From the NCBI GenBank assembly GCA_051362555.1, contig CM120643.1:13180644-13244643 (forward strand): DNA of 64,000 bases. The letters run 5' to 3'. Position 1 is the first letter of the stretch. Each line of letters begins with the position of its first letter. The DNA comes from Lingula anatina. Lineage: Eukaryota > Animalia > Brachiopoda. This document shows, piece after piece, positions 53,967 through 64,000 of the stretch. Under the pieces are notes generated by a model. That model saw only the letters and a program-made list of their open reading frames with translations. It ran no database searches and was not told the DNA's origin. Both the position numbers and the translations under genes were made by a program.

Positions 53967-54728
53967 TTCAACATTGATTCAACATTGAGGTATCAATGTT
54001 GATGCAACATTAATACCTCAAGGTTGTTTCAACCTTGATGGTTCAAGGTTGATTCAACCTTGATGGTTCAACGTTGATTCAACTTTCATAGTCAACGTCA
54101 TATCAACATAGTTTCAATGTTGACTGTCAACGTTGATTCAACCTTGATGGTTCAAGGTTGATTCAACCTTGATGGTTCAAGGTTGATTCAACCTTGATGG
54201 TTCAACGTTGATTCAACTTTCATAGTCAACGTCATATTAACATAGTTACAATGTTGACTGTCAACGTTGATTCAACATTGATACCTCAAGGTTGATTCAA
54301 CCTTGATGGTTCAACGTTGATTCAACTTTCATAGTCAACGTCATATCAACATAGTTTCAACGTTGACCGTCAACGTTGATTCAACATTGATACCTCAAGG
54401 TTGATTCAACCTTGATGGTTCAACGTTGATTCAACTTTCATAGTCAACGTCATATCAACATAGTTTCAACGTTGACCGTCAACGTTGATTCAACATTGAT
54501 ACCTCAAGGTTGATTCAACCTTGATGGTTCAACGTTGAGTCAACTTTCATAGTCAACGTCATATCAACATAGTTTCAACGTTGACCGTCAACGTTGATTC
54601 AACATTGATACCTCAAGGTTGATTCAACCTTGATGGTTCAACGTTGAGTCAACTTTCATAGTCAACGTCATATCAACATAGTTTCAACGTTGACCATCAA
54701 CGTTGATTCAACATTGATTCAATGTTGA
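53967..54728. repeat. 109-bp higher-order tandem repeat x ~6 built from 11-14-bp palindromic monomers
   Basis: ctttcatag occurs at 54083, 54217, 54326, 54435, 54544 and 54653 (spacings 134, 109, 109, 109, 109). Confidence 0.93.
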
Positions 54729-55015
54729 TTTGCCCGCTGGGAACGTGCTGCCTTTGTTTCTAGATTATAAGGAATGGTTAACGGCTGAAGTGGATAACAT
54801 AAATACATGCGCCTGCCTCTGTTTTTTTGTTTTTCATCCCTAATTCTTTATTCTCTTGTTTTTTCTTTATTTCTTTATATTCATTTTCGATTTTGTATGT
54901 GATTGACGCAAGTCATGATTCTGAAGTCTTTCGTTTGACGTTCACATATTAACACAGTCTATTGTCAGTCTTATAAAGTTGATAAGGATCACAACTTGAT
55001 CAGTCATCAGGAAAT

Positions 55016-55179
55016 CTGGGCCCAGTTTCATCAACACTGGATAGAGCTCATGATTTTGCTATGCAGTGGTTGAAAATAGCTGTTATCTCCGGATAACTGT
55101 CTAGAGTAGAACAATTTTATTCAATGGAGGCTGTTATCCATAGAAAAGCGCTATCCAGTGTTGATGAAACTGGACCCTG
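55016..55179. mobile_element. hairpin MITE (~165 bp)
   Basis: ctgggcccagtttcatcaacactggatag ... ctatccagtgttgatgaaactggaccctg. Confidence 0.82.
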
Positions 55180-55290
55180 ATGAAAAAATATAGCCTTGCA
55201 GACCTAAGAACTGGTTAAGGGGGATGGGGGGGGGGGTGATTGGGCTAAAGAACATGTTCACCCGCAGACTGACCCGGAACCTGATGCATA

Positions 55291-56185
55291 CAGTGCCGCC
55301 GGAAATTCCCCTTACCAAAAGGCCGCATGGTCTCCCAACCCTGCCCCGTATGGTCGAACAATAGAGGCCGCATGATAATTACAGGGTAGGGGAATCGAAA
55401 GTAATCCTTATCGGACACCCAAATTAGTCGGTTCAACGAACACGCTCTGCTCCTTCTTAATTGCCTCACTTAAGTTTTCTATTATAGCTGATGCAAAGAG
55501 ATTGCTGTCGACACCGGGTTATGTTGTATCAACTGCAACAGATGACTAGAGTAAAGGCAGATCGAATATGAGAACAAAACTCTGATCATGAAGAACAAAT
55601 CAGGCTTAGTTTTAACACGAAAAAACAATTTTATTTGACGTTCACTTGATGATAATAAGTCACGACCAACACAAGCGTAGTTAAAATGAATAATTTTAAG
55701 TAGCTATTACATCAAATAACTATCAATGTCTCATTATTTTTATTACATGTGTTGCTAGTTTAGTAGCCTGATGCACGACCTTCTCTCTCAATTATCGCTG
55801 GAATCACCTTCTTTAGGTGATTAATATATTTATTACACTTTTCTGCGTTAATATTTTCCCATGCCTCTCTAATGCCTTCAACAAGTTGTTCTCTCGTGGT
55901 CGGTTTAACACGCGTACGCAGGTGGTGTTTGATTTCAGCCCATACGTTTTCAATGGGGTTGAGGTCCGGGCTTTCTGGAGGGGTGCGAAACCAATTAATA
56001 CCATGTTGCTCAATAAATGCAGCAGCAACTCGGCTGGTATGTTTGCTGTCGTTGTCCTGCTGAAACCTGTGGCCGTCTGGGAACATATCACGTATCGAGG
56101 GGATCAGGGCCTGATCCAATACATCCGTGAAAAAGTCCGCGTTCATTATACAACTAAACACTACAATGATACGCAGGTGGCACTG
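55291..56185 (-). mobile_element. internally deleted Tc1-family element (895 bp) with TA target duplication
   Basis: TA|CAGTGCCGCC ... GGTGGCACTG|TA brackets the transposase 3' half. The TIR match is only ~10 bp. Confidence 0.65.
55760..56161 (-). pseudogene. Tc1 DD34E transposase, C-terminal half (open frame, N-terminus missing)
   Basis: FQQDNDSKHTS...WFRTPPESPDLNPIENVWAEIK with 34 residues between D and E, ending AIIEREGRASGY*. A minus-strand AATAAA lies just downstream (~55739-55744). Confidence 0.92.
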
Positions 56186-58137
56186 TAGTAGAGGCCTTGA
56201 ATCAAAGTACTAAATATACTAAATATTATATAAACTATTCTAACCGCAATTTTTGACTTGTTTTCCATCACAATTAGATTAAGAGACTTAATGACTTTAT
56301 GATGATAATTCAAATTAACGTGGTGACGACAGCACTACCACTACATGTATTATTAAGTTGTTGGTGTTTTGGCGACAGGAAATGTTCAAATATTTGTTTT
56401 TAAAATCAGTACAAAGTCGTGTTTGAATAAATGTGTAAGCTGATTCCTAGCTTCTAAAAATACTTTGCGCATTTAAGATAATAAATCTCTTTGAGGATGT
56501 CTAAGATTATACATCCCTTGTTCATATAATTAGAGCAAGGACAGAGGAAACGTTTCTTCTATCCCAGATTAGATTAAGCCTTTAATCCCTCTCACAGGTA
56601 CCTGCCAAGAAACCAATTTGACACATCTAATACGTGATTTCCTTTCACAATATCTGGTACTGACGCCATAGAACATCTTATCATCATTTCTAAGACCCAA
56701 GATTTTTAAATGCCATTTCCTTCTCTCCCTCATTTGCCAACAATTTATCCTTAGGTAATAAATGATAAATCAGAGCGCATTCAGAACATATGTCTCCCCG
56801 CCTTCACACGCAAGGTTGGATCCAGAGATATTATCTAACAGTCTTCCAAATTATCTTTGTTGATCCTTCCTCTATTTTTGACTGTCTTCTGACGGAAAAA
56901 ATCAGGTATCTGTCAATGTAAACTTGAAAATCTGACCTTCTTCTGGAAGACCCAGAAGATGGCCTCAATCCGCCCCTGACACGCACCGTGGCTGCACGGG
57001 CCTAGCAATTAAACCCCGGAGCAGAGATTTAATCCGTTTAATGGCGCGGTTGGAGGCGGGGCGACCATCATGAAATTAGCGGCATCGCTTTTTAAGTGGA
57101 GTCAGCCATATTTAGTCGGCGACTCAGTTAGTCCGCAGATTATCTGTTCTGAATAGGCTCTCTTTCATGATGTATGTTTTAATGCTCCAGTTTAATGTAA
57201 AAAGTTAACAAAAAAAAAAAAAAAAGACGTCAGTTTAACAAATCTTTGATTCCTATTTATCTTTATTAAACTATATATTTCAATGTGTTACTATTATTAT
57301 TATCATCATTAATGAAATAGTTGCCAGACTGTAGTAGTCATTTCGTGATTACAAGGCCGTCAAAACAGCCGCTAGCTGTTCAGGTGAGAGAGATAGTCGG
57401 CAACATTTAGAGACTTTACCACGGTGTATTTTGATGTGACAGCATCATTATAAGACTTGACAAGTCTTATTTCCGGGTTATCTCACCGGATAAGAAAATT
57501 CCAAACGTATCAAACAGCTTAAACATTTCACATTTAAATTTCATGGTAGCGCCTACAATCAGATAGGAAACCGCTTGAACTTTAATTAATTCTGGGAAAT
57601 GAGCACTTACAAAAACCTTCCGGATCTTGTCAATAAGTTAACGTTTGGTACCCGCAATTACCAAACTTCAATTAATTATTGTGTTTGAGGTAAAAGCACT
57701 TCAAGCCATACATATTAGCTACACTCACGGTAATAGCGAAACTTGATAGTTACGTTTTCTGTCATATTAATTAATGGTTTTTCACACACCCCCCCCTCGT
57801 TTCTTTACACAAGGAGGCAATCCTGTTACCTCCTTTGTGTGTCATTAAAATAGGCAGGGGACGCTGGAGGCTCAAAGGAAACACAATGGTCAGAGAGATC
57901 GGGCAGGAATGTTCATGCGTCGCACAAAGGTCCCAGAGGAGGTTGGTCGCTTACAGGTGGCTCAAGGGAGACAGAATGGTGGCAGAAGCATACCCGTGGT
58001 TGTAGAATGGATGCTCAATGGTTGGTACGTAATAAATGCAATTATACTGTGAAACTGTGCGGCGCTACTGCCTTCATTGTGCCTGCCCGCAATTCTGCCT
58101 CCCTTGGCGGACTATCAGCGTCCATTGCCAGACCCAT

Positions 58138-58302
58138 CGGGCCCCTAGCCGGGGGGGGGGGTCTTTTTCTGAAAAGGTGGGCTTTTTACCATGAACCCTC
58201 AAGACCTTCGTCTACTCAGATCAATTTTTACCTGGAGCAGACCTTATTCCGGCAAAAATGGAGGTCCGTTCAAATCCCACCCCCCCTCCGGATACGGGCC
58301 TG
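58138..58302. mobile_element. short MITE with GC-rich TIRs and poly-G/poly-C subtermini
   Basis: cgggcccctagccggggggg versus the right-end reverse complement caggcccgtatccggagggggg. Related remnants lie at ~6895-6986 and ~53740-53775. Confidence 0.55.
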
Positions 58303-58500
58303 ATTGCAGGATGGTGATAGTGACCCGCAGTGTCCCCATGCCAACTTTGAGCCACCATGGCGACGCATCTGTCCCCTTTCTGCCTCCCTTTCTGCTTCCG
58401 CTGTGTTCTCAATTTTTTTCTGCCACCTATGGAATAGACTGCCGCGACTGGCTCATCAGGGATATAGCTCATCTAATTGTTACATTGTACCTGCTGTGTT
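58303..58500 (-). mobile_element. possible L2/Rex-type LINE 5' fragment
   Basis: The minus strand encodes a basic RTQRKQKGRQKG tract resembling the RKQKRGxR segment that precedes the endonuclease in such elements. It is frameshifted. Confidence 0.25.
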
Positions 58501-59699
58501 GTGTCAGCCAGATGCAGACCCACCTGGCTTATGGGTCTTCCACTCCTGCCCATCATTTTCATTCGGACAAAACTGCCCACCCGATTCATTACCAGTTCAT
58601 GTTGACCTTGTAAGATGGTACCATGCAAAAGAAGTTGATAGTTTATTCCTTCATTTTTGGAGATGTGCTTGATTGGCTGACAGGAATAGAACTGAAAAAT
58701 ATTATAAAAATGTCAGAATATACCCAAGTACTTCAGATAACCCGGCAGTCGTCAAAGGTTGCCCAAACAACGCTCATTGGTCTGCTGTTGAGACAGAATA
58801 GTGACTGAATGGTTGCAATGCCTTGTATTGGAGTTCAACCCCATCCCCCCATCCCCCCCCCCCCAAATTGGATCGTTCAGAGGAGGAACAAGGATGGCTA
58901 AAATATTTACAAAGTTTTGGCGCTGGCGACTATTGAGCTTCCTGGCTATATTTTGGGAGAGGCACAACTGGTCAGCTTGGTTTATCTTTGGGGGTTTCTT
59001 CGCCCTATATATGAGGTGAAGATGGCTTTGATGTCACGTTTACAAACTCATCCACTGATCATGAAAGAGATAGAGAGAGGCAGAGGGAGAGAGAAGGTGG
59101 GGAGAGAGGGAGAGAGAGACTTAACGTGTTGATTTGCCTTTATTAATCATGGAAAAACTCCTCACACCTTTGAAGAAGACAAAGGCTGCACCAGTTTCAT
59201 GTTTTCACCTATCACGAGCAGCGCCCATGAGAATACCAAGCATCCTACATAAAACCGACTTAGAGTTGGTAAGTACCCTGTCCTCACAGCGATTTTCACC
59301 TGTGTTACACAAAGAATTAATAAAGAGCGACCTTCTGGGTTGTGTCATTGCATAAACACGGTCAAGATTATTGCGAAACCCATTCTGTCACAATTAACGT
59401 GACAATATGTTTGCAATAACTATTCACATATGAAATACAAAAGAAGCAATCAACAACTAATTCAGTTTCACGCTGCAACAATATTCGTGTTGAAACAGAC
59501 ATATCGTGTTTCGGGGGAAACCACCCGTACCGCAGTCGAGTTCAGGGTATTCAACTCGGCGTCTCTCTCGATATGGGTGTAATAGAACAAAGGCTGCGCA
59601 TGCGTGTTCGCGCTAAATAGTTACATGTATGTTAGAGACACGCCCGTGATATTTTTTTTTTTTTTTTTTTTTTTTTTTGTCAAAGGATTACACTGCAAA

Positions 59700-62600
59700 A
59701 TGCCACAATATGAAACGTTAGGCGTACTTTCTCCATACACTCACTTTGGTTTGGACTTACAATCAGTTAGGTCAGCCGAAACCATTCCAAAATTAAAGAC
59801 GGGGTACGTTTCATCTTTTAGATATCTAAATTCCTTGCGGTTCTAAAAACTTTGAGCATTTTATTGCCTATATAGTCCATGAGCCAGACATTTTTTTGGT
59901 ACCAAAAAAGGGCCAAATTCTCATAGTGATTTTTAGTAAGGCCTATGTCTCTAGTGCCCAAATATGTGTGATAGCCTTCTCATACTGGTAGCTTTTTGTG
60001 TGCTATCACACCTTATATAACCCCACCCCTGCAGCAGCAAGGACTTTTTCTAGATGGGGGTAGGGGAGAGAAAATACTTACTATATCTATGTGGTAACAG
60101 GTATATCAATAAATTGTATATCCTTATGGAGGCAAGGGATGGGACAATTTTTTTCAAAAGTCATGAATGCATGACAATTAGTCAAGGGTCATTGATAATG
60201 GGTCAAAGGTCACAAGAGGTCATTTTTGGGGATTTTTCATAAATTAAAGCCAAAAAGTTTTTTTTAAATCATTATTTAAGTAAGAATATGGTATTTGGTG
60301 AATGATTTGTAAAGATGGTATAGTCTTATGCTTATGAGCAAAGTTTGGAGCCTCAGCTGTCTTATTTCAGAAAATTATGTAAAAGAATGTGAACCTAATG
60401 ACCAAAATATGCCATCTCTGAAAGTGGGGGTAGGGGAAAGAAAATCCTTGCTACATCAATATGGTTAGAGATATATCAATGCATTATATATTCTTATGGA
60501 GGTAAGGGATGGGACAATTAATTTCATAAATCATTTATGCATGACAGTAAGTCAAGGGTCATTGATAATGGGTCAAAGGTCACAAGAGGTCATATTTTAT
60601 GGATTTTTTATAAATTAAAACCAAAATCTTTTAAAAAATATTGTTTAGAGAAAGAAATTGGTATTTGGTGAATGATTTGTAGACATGGTATAGTTAAACA
60701 CTCATAAAAAAAATTTGGAGCCTCAACTGTTTTATTTAAAAAAATTATGTAACTAGGTCATAATTTCCCCTCTTTGCAAGTTGGGGTAGGGGAGAGAAAA
60801 TGCTCACTACATTAATATGGTGAAAGATATATCAATGCATTATATATCTTTATGGAGGAAAGGGATGGGACAATTAATTTCTAAAATTATTTATGCATGG
60901 CAATAAGTCAAGGGTCATTGATAATGGGTCAGAGGTCACAAGAGGTCAAATTTTATGGATTTTTCATAAATTTAAACCAAATTCTTAAAAAAATATTGTT
61001 TGAAAAAGAAATTGGTATTTGGTGAATGATTTATATTTATGGTATAGCATCATACTCATGTAAAAAACTTTGGAGGCTCAACAGTTTTATTTTAGAAAAT
61101 TATGTAACTAGTTGAGTGTAGCCTAACAGTCAAAATTTGCCAACTTTGTAAGTGGGGGTAGGAGAGAGAAAGTGCTCATCATTTGAAGGCAGTAAAAGGT
61201 ACAGCAACAAAATGCACATATTTATGCAGCTTTGGAAGAGGACCTTAATTTCTTTATTAAGACATGTGTAGAGAAAGTCATGCCTCATAAGAAAAAGGTC
61301 GAAAGGTTAGCCCAGGTCGAATTTTAAGCTTTCTTATAAATATAAACCTTAACACCATTTAAATATTATTTTTGGGTTTAAATGTATTATATTTAGGGAT
61401 AACTTGATATTATATAATTATTTATGACTAATGCATTAAAATTTGAGACTGTATATACCCATTTTTCATACATTTTATTCACATTTGGTTACTTTTCCTA
61501 AAAAAACCCCTACAAACACTGTTTATTTTGTTTCAATAATCAAGGGAAATAGGTATTGTTTTTAATACTAGCATTCAGAAACATACCTTTGTCTTTTGAT
61601 TATATTTTTGAAATATTTTAAAATGTTTCATCATAATGAGATAGTCCATTGAAAATGACAAAAATTTAAGCCTGCTTCATTCTGATCTCAGGAGGAGATA
61701 AAGAGAAACAAATTCAGACTGTATCCGGTATGAAGAGCAGATATGAGAATTCCTTCAGCCTCATTCTCTCTTAAACCCTAAAAATTGAATCACCTCATGC
61801 CTGTAACCATGCCACCAATGCCACAACAAGGGAATTTAAGTACCATTTAGTTGAAATTAATATTTTGAAAGACCTGTATCAAAATATTGCCCAGTCTTTT
61901 CATGAAATCGAACATTTCGCAGATATTCTTCTTCTTTCTATATATATATATCTATATTCAAGATCTGCAGATTCAAGATGGGTAGTTTGTGTTCTGAATG
62001 TGTGGTAGTCCTGAGAGAAAATGTAGTGAAGTCCACAATAGGCTATTCTATTATTCTATTCTATTATACTATTCTGTTATTCTGTAAAATTTCTAAACTT
62101 ACACCAAATTGTCAAAATTTTATTAAGGGGGCACATACACATTATACTCAAAATTTCTTCAGAATGGCAACAAATTTATGGCTAGGTGGCATTTAAGGTC
62201 AAACAGAAGCATGTTTATTGTCCTTTGAAATGCATCAATTTGCACATTGTCATAATTTAATTTATTATTATTGATCTTTTGAGGAGGGCGGGTTGCAAAT
62301 ACTACACACATGTTCACTAACAAATATTTACAGGATTTATAGGATGGCAGAGGAACTAAATAATAAGTGGAAAGAAGGCAGATCATTTGTCGGCATTGAC
62401 CCTGCTCCGTGATATGAATTTATCCATGCATGTACACCATAGGCTGATCAAAGATTGAAGTAGGCTTCATGGCACATAAAACATTATCATGTTGATTGTT
62501 TATATGTGTTTTGTCAAATTTATCAATTATTTGGTTGAACATTCTAATTTAGCTATTATATGTAGTAATTAAAAGTCATCCATCAGTTCGATAAAATGTT

Positions 62601-64000
62601 TTATCCATGAGCCAGCCCAGTCAGTACTTGGGTACTAGTATACTGGTAATAATTATTGTTATAATAATCTTTTTTAAACCGATTTGAAATACATTCACTT
62701 TCTTACTGTGTATACTGTAACAGAAGTTTTGACGTCTAAATCTGCCAATTAAAGTTCATGTATTAGTTGGAAAAAAGAATGTGGAAACCAAACTGCTTGT
62801 AGAAGTTTAAGTTTCTGATAAGATTTTATACTTTTTACTTATTTCAAATCAATGTTTTCACTTACACAGTGACTTACATAACATGCATTGCTATTTTGGA
62901 AATAACTGTTCTTTCAATTTTTACATTTTGCTTAGATGGAAAACTATCCATTGTGTACTCTGAATTGACAGGCACTTTTAACTGCTGGACCTCAGATACA
63001 GTCTGATGTTGAACAGCATAATTTTGATTATACAGGTTGTTATATATAGTCATACAAATTTCAAAATTTTATATGCTTTAATTAAATAAAATTTTAGTTA
63101 TTTCCCTAAATATGTTTTGCAAATAACAAATATGTATCACCATTAAATCATCCAAACGTTTTCATCTAAATGTTAAAATTTTCAGATATTGCTTAGATTT
63201 TTATGCTGTAAAGTGAATGTGGGTGGCCATTGACCAACCACTGACCCATTAATGCATGGTAATGTGCCCTCTTTAAAAAAGTAAACTTGATGAACATCTT
63301 TTGGATACAGGCTATGGTACAATAGCTTTGTATCTTACTTCTTCCAAATTGAATGAAAGTAAAATTTCACTTCCTGGCTCCTTATGATAGAAAGTTTTCA
63401 CTTCCATTTTGAATTGAAGTTATATAATATGCAAATAAAAAAATCTAAGAATTAAGAAGGGGCCTCGGACTCGATGAACTAGTCTTTAATAGTCACACAG
63501 CATCTAGTTATACCCAAAAGTATTTCTATAATCGAAAATGTTCTCTTTTAATGGTGTTTAAGTTCATATTTATGAAAAAGCTTAAATTGTTGCTGAAGTT
63601 TGGCCTCAGCTGACACTATTGACCTATTTCTAATGAAGCATGACTTTGTTTACATGTCTTAATAAAAAAAAAATGAAATGTCCTTTCCCAAAGCTGCATA
63701 AATATGTGCATTTTGTTGCTGTATCTTCTACTGCCTTCAAATGATGAGCACTTTCTCTCTCCTACCCCCACTTACAAAGTTGGCAAATTTTGACTGTTAG
63801 GCTACACTCAACTAGTTACATAATTTTCTAAAATAAAACTGTTGAGCCTCCAAAGTTTTTTACATGAGTATGATGCTATACCATAAATATAAGTCATTCA
63901 CCAAATACCAATTTCTTTTTCAAACAATATTTTTTAAAGAATTTGGTTTAAATTTATGAAAAATCCATAAATTTGACCTCTTGTGACCTCTGACCCATTA
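59700..64000. mobile_element. foldback-type element with long, internally repetitive inverted arms; continues beyond the window (left boundary approximate)
   Basis: 63652-64000 is a near-identical reverse complement of ~60922-61267, and diverged matches continue inward (61326-61363 versus 63546-63582). The left arm is a tandem array. Confidence 0.85.
60056..61500. repeat. ~365-bp tandem repeat x ~4 forming the left foldback arm
   Basis: ggggtagg[g/a]ga[g/a]agaaaa starts at ~60056, 60426, 60783 and 61154; the fourth unit is more diverged. Confidence 0.92.

Larger units (their letters stand above)
52243..54741. mobile_element. non-autonomous CMC/EnSpm(CACTA)-like DNA transposon, 2.5 kb, AAC target-site duplication
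   Basis: AAC|cccagcgggca ... tgcccgctggg|AAC. Both subterminal regions are arrays of TCAACRTTGA palindromes, and no transposase ORF is present. Confidence 0.85.

Noticed and set aside
52290-54728. Regularly spaced palindromic repeats resembling a CRISPR array
   Set aside because: The intervening sequences are themselves repeated (no unique spacers), there are no cas genes, the context is eukaryotic, and the arrays lie inside TIRs with a target duplication.
58007-59355. Cluster of overlapping 60-140-aa ORFs
   Set aside because: Locally higher GC from MITE and LINE remnants explains the open frames; there is no domain signature or consistent splice structure.

Overview
This is AT-rich, intron-containing animal genomic DNA with many microsatellites and frequent TACATGTA; it looks invertebrate, but the species cannot be determined from the sequence. 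There is one clear protein-coding gene, a four-exon RGK-family (Rad/Rem/Gem/Kir) small GTPase on the + strand. Its CDS is 33628-34297, 39334-39416, 41874-42066 and 48117-48388, giving 405 aa. It carries atypical residues (P-loop Lys->Arg, no DxWE motif, no C-7 cysteine) and has a compact CRE-TATA-Inr promoter. One tRNA-Pro(TGG) lies on the - strand. The rest is non-coding and dominated by DNA-transposon material: a 2.5-kb CCC...GGG (CMC/EnSpm-like) element whose arms are palindrome arrays, two Tc1 remnants, PIF/Harbinger-type MITEs, an old dispersed hairpin MITE family, a ~2.5-kb diverged palindrome, and a foldback element running off the right edge. Nearly all other ORFs in the supplied track are spurious. 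I found no prokaryote-type system such as CRISPR. The best novelty candidates are the possibly catalytically altered RGK and the unusual repeat architectures. All alignments were done by eye, so boundaries of degenerate elements are approximate.
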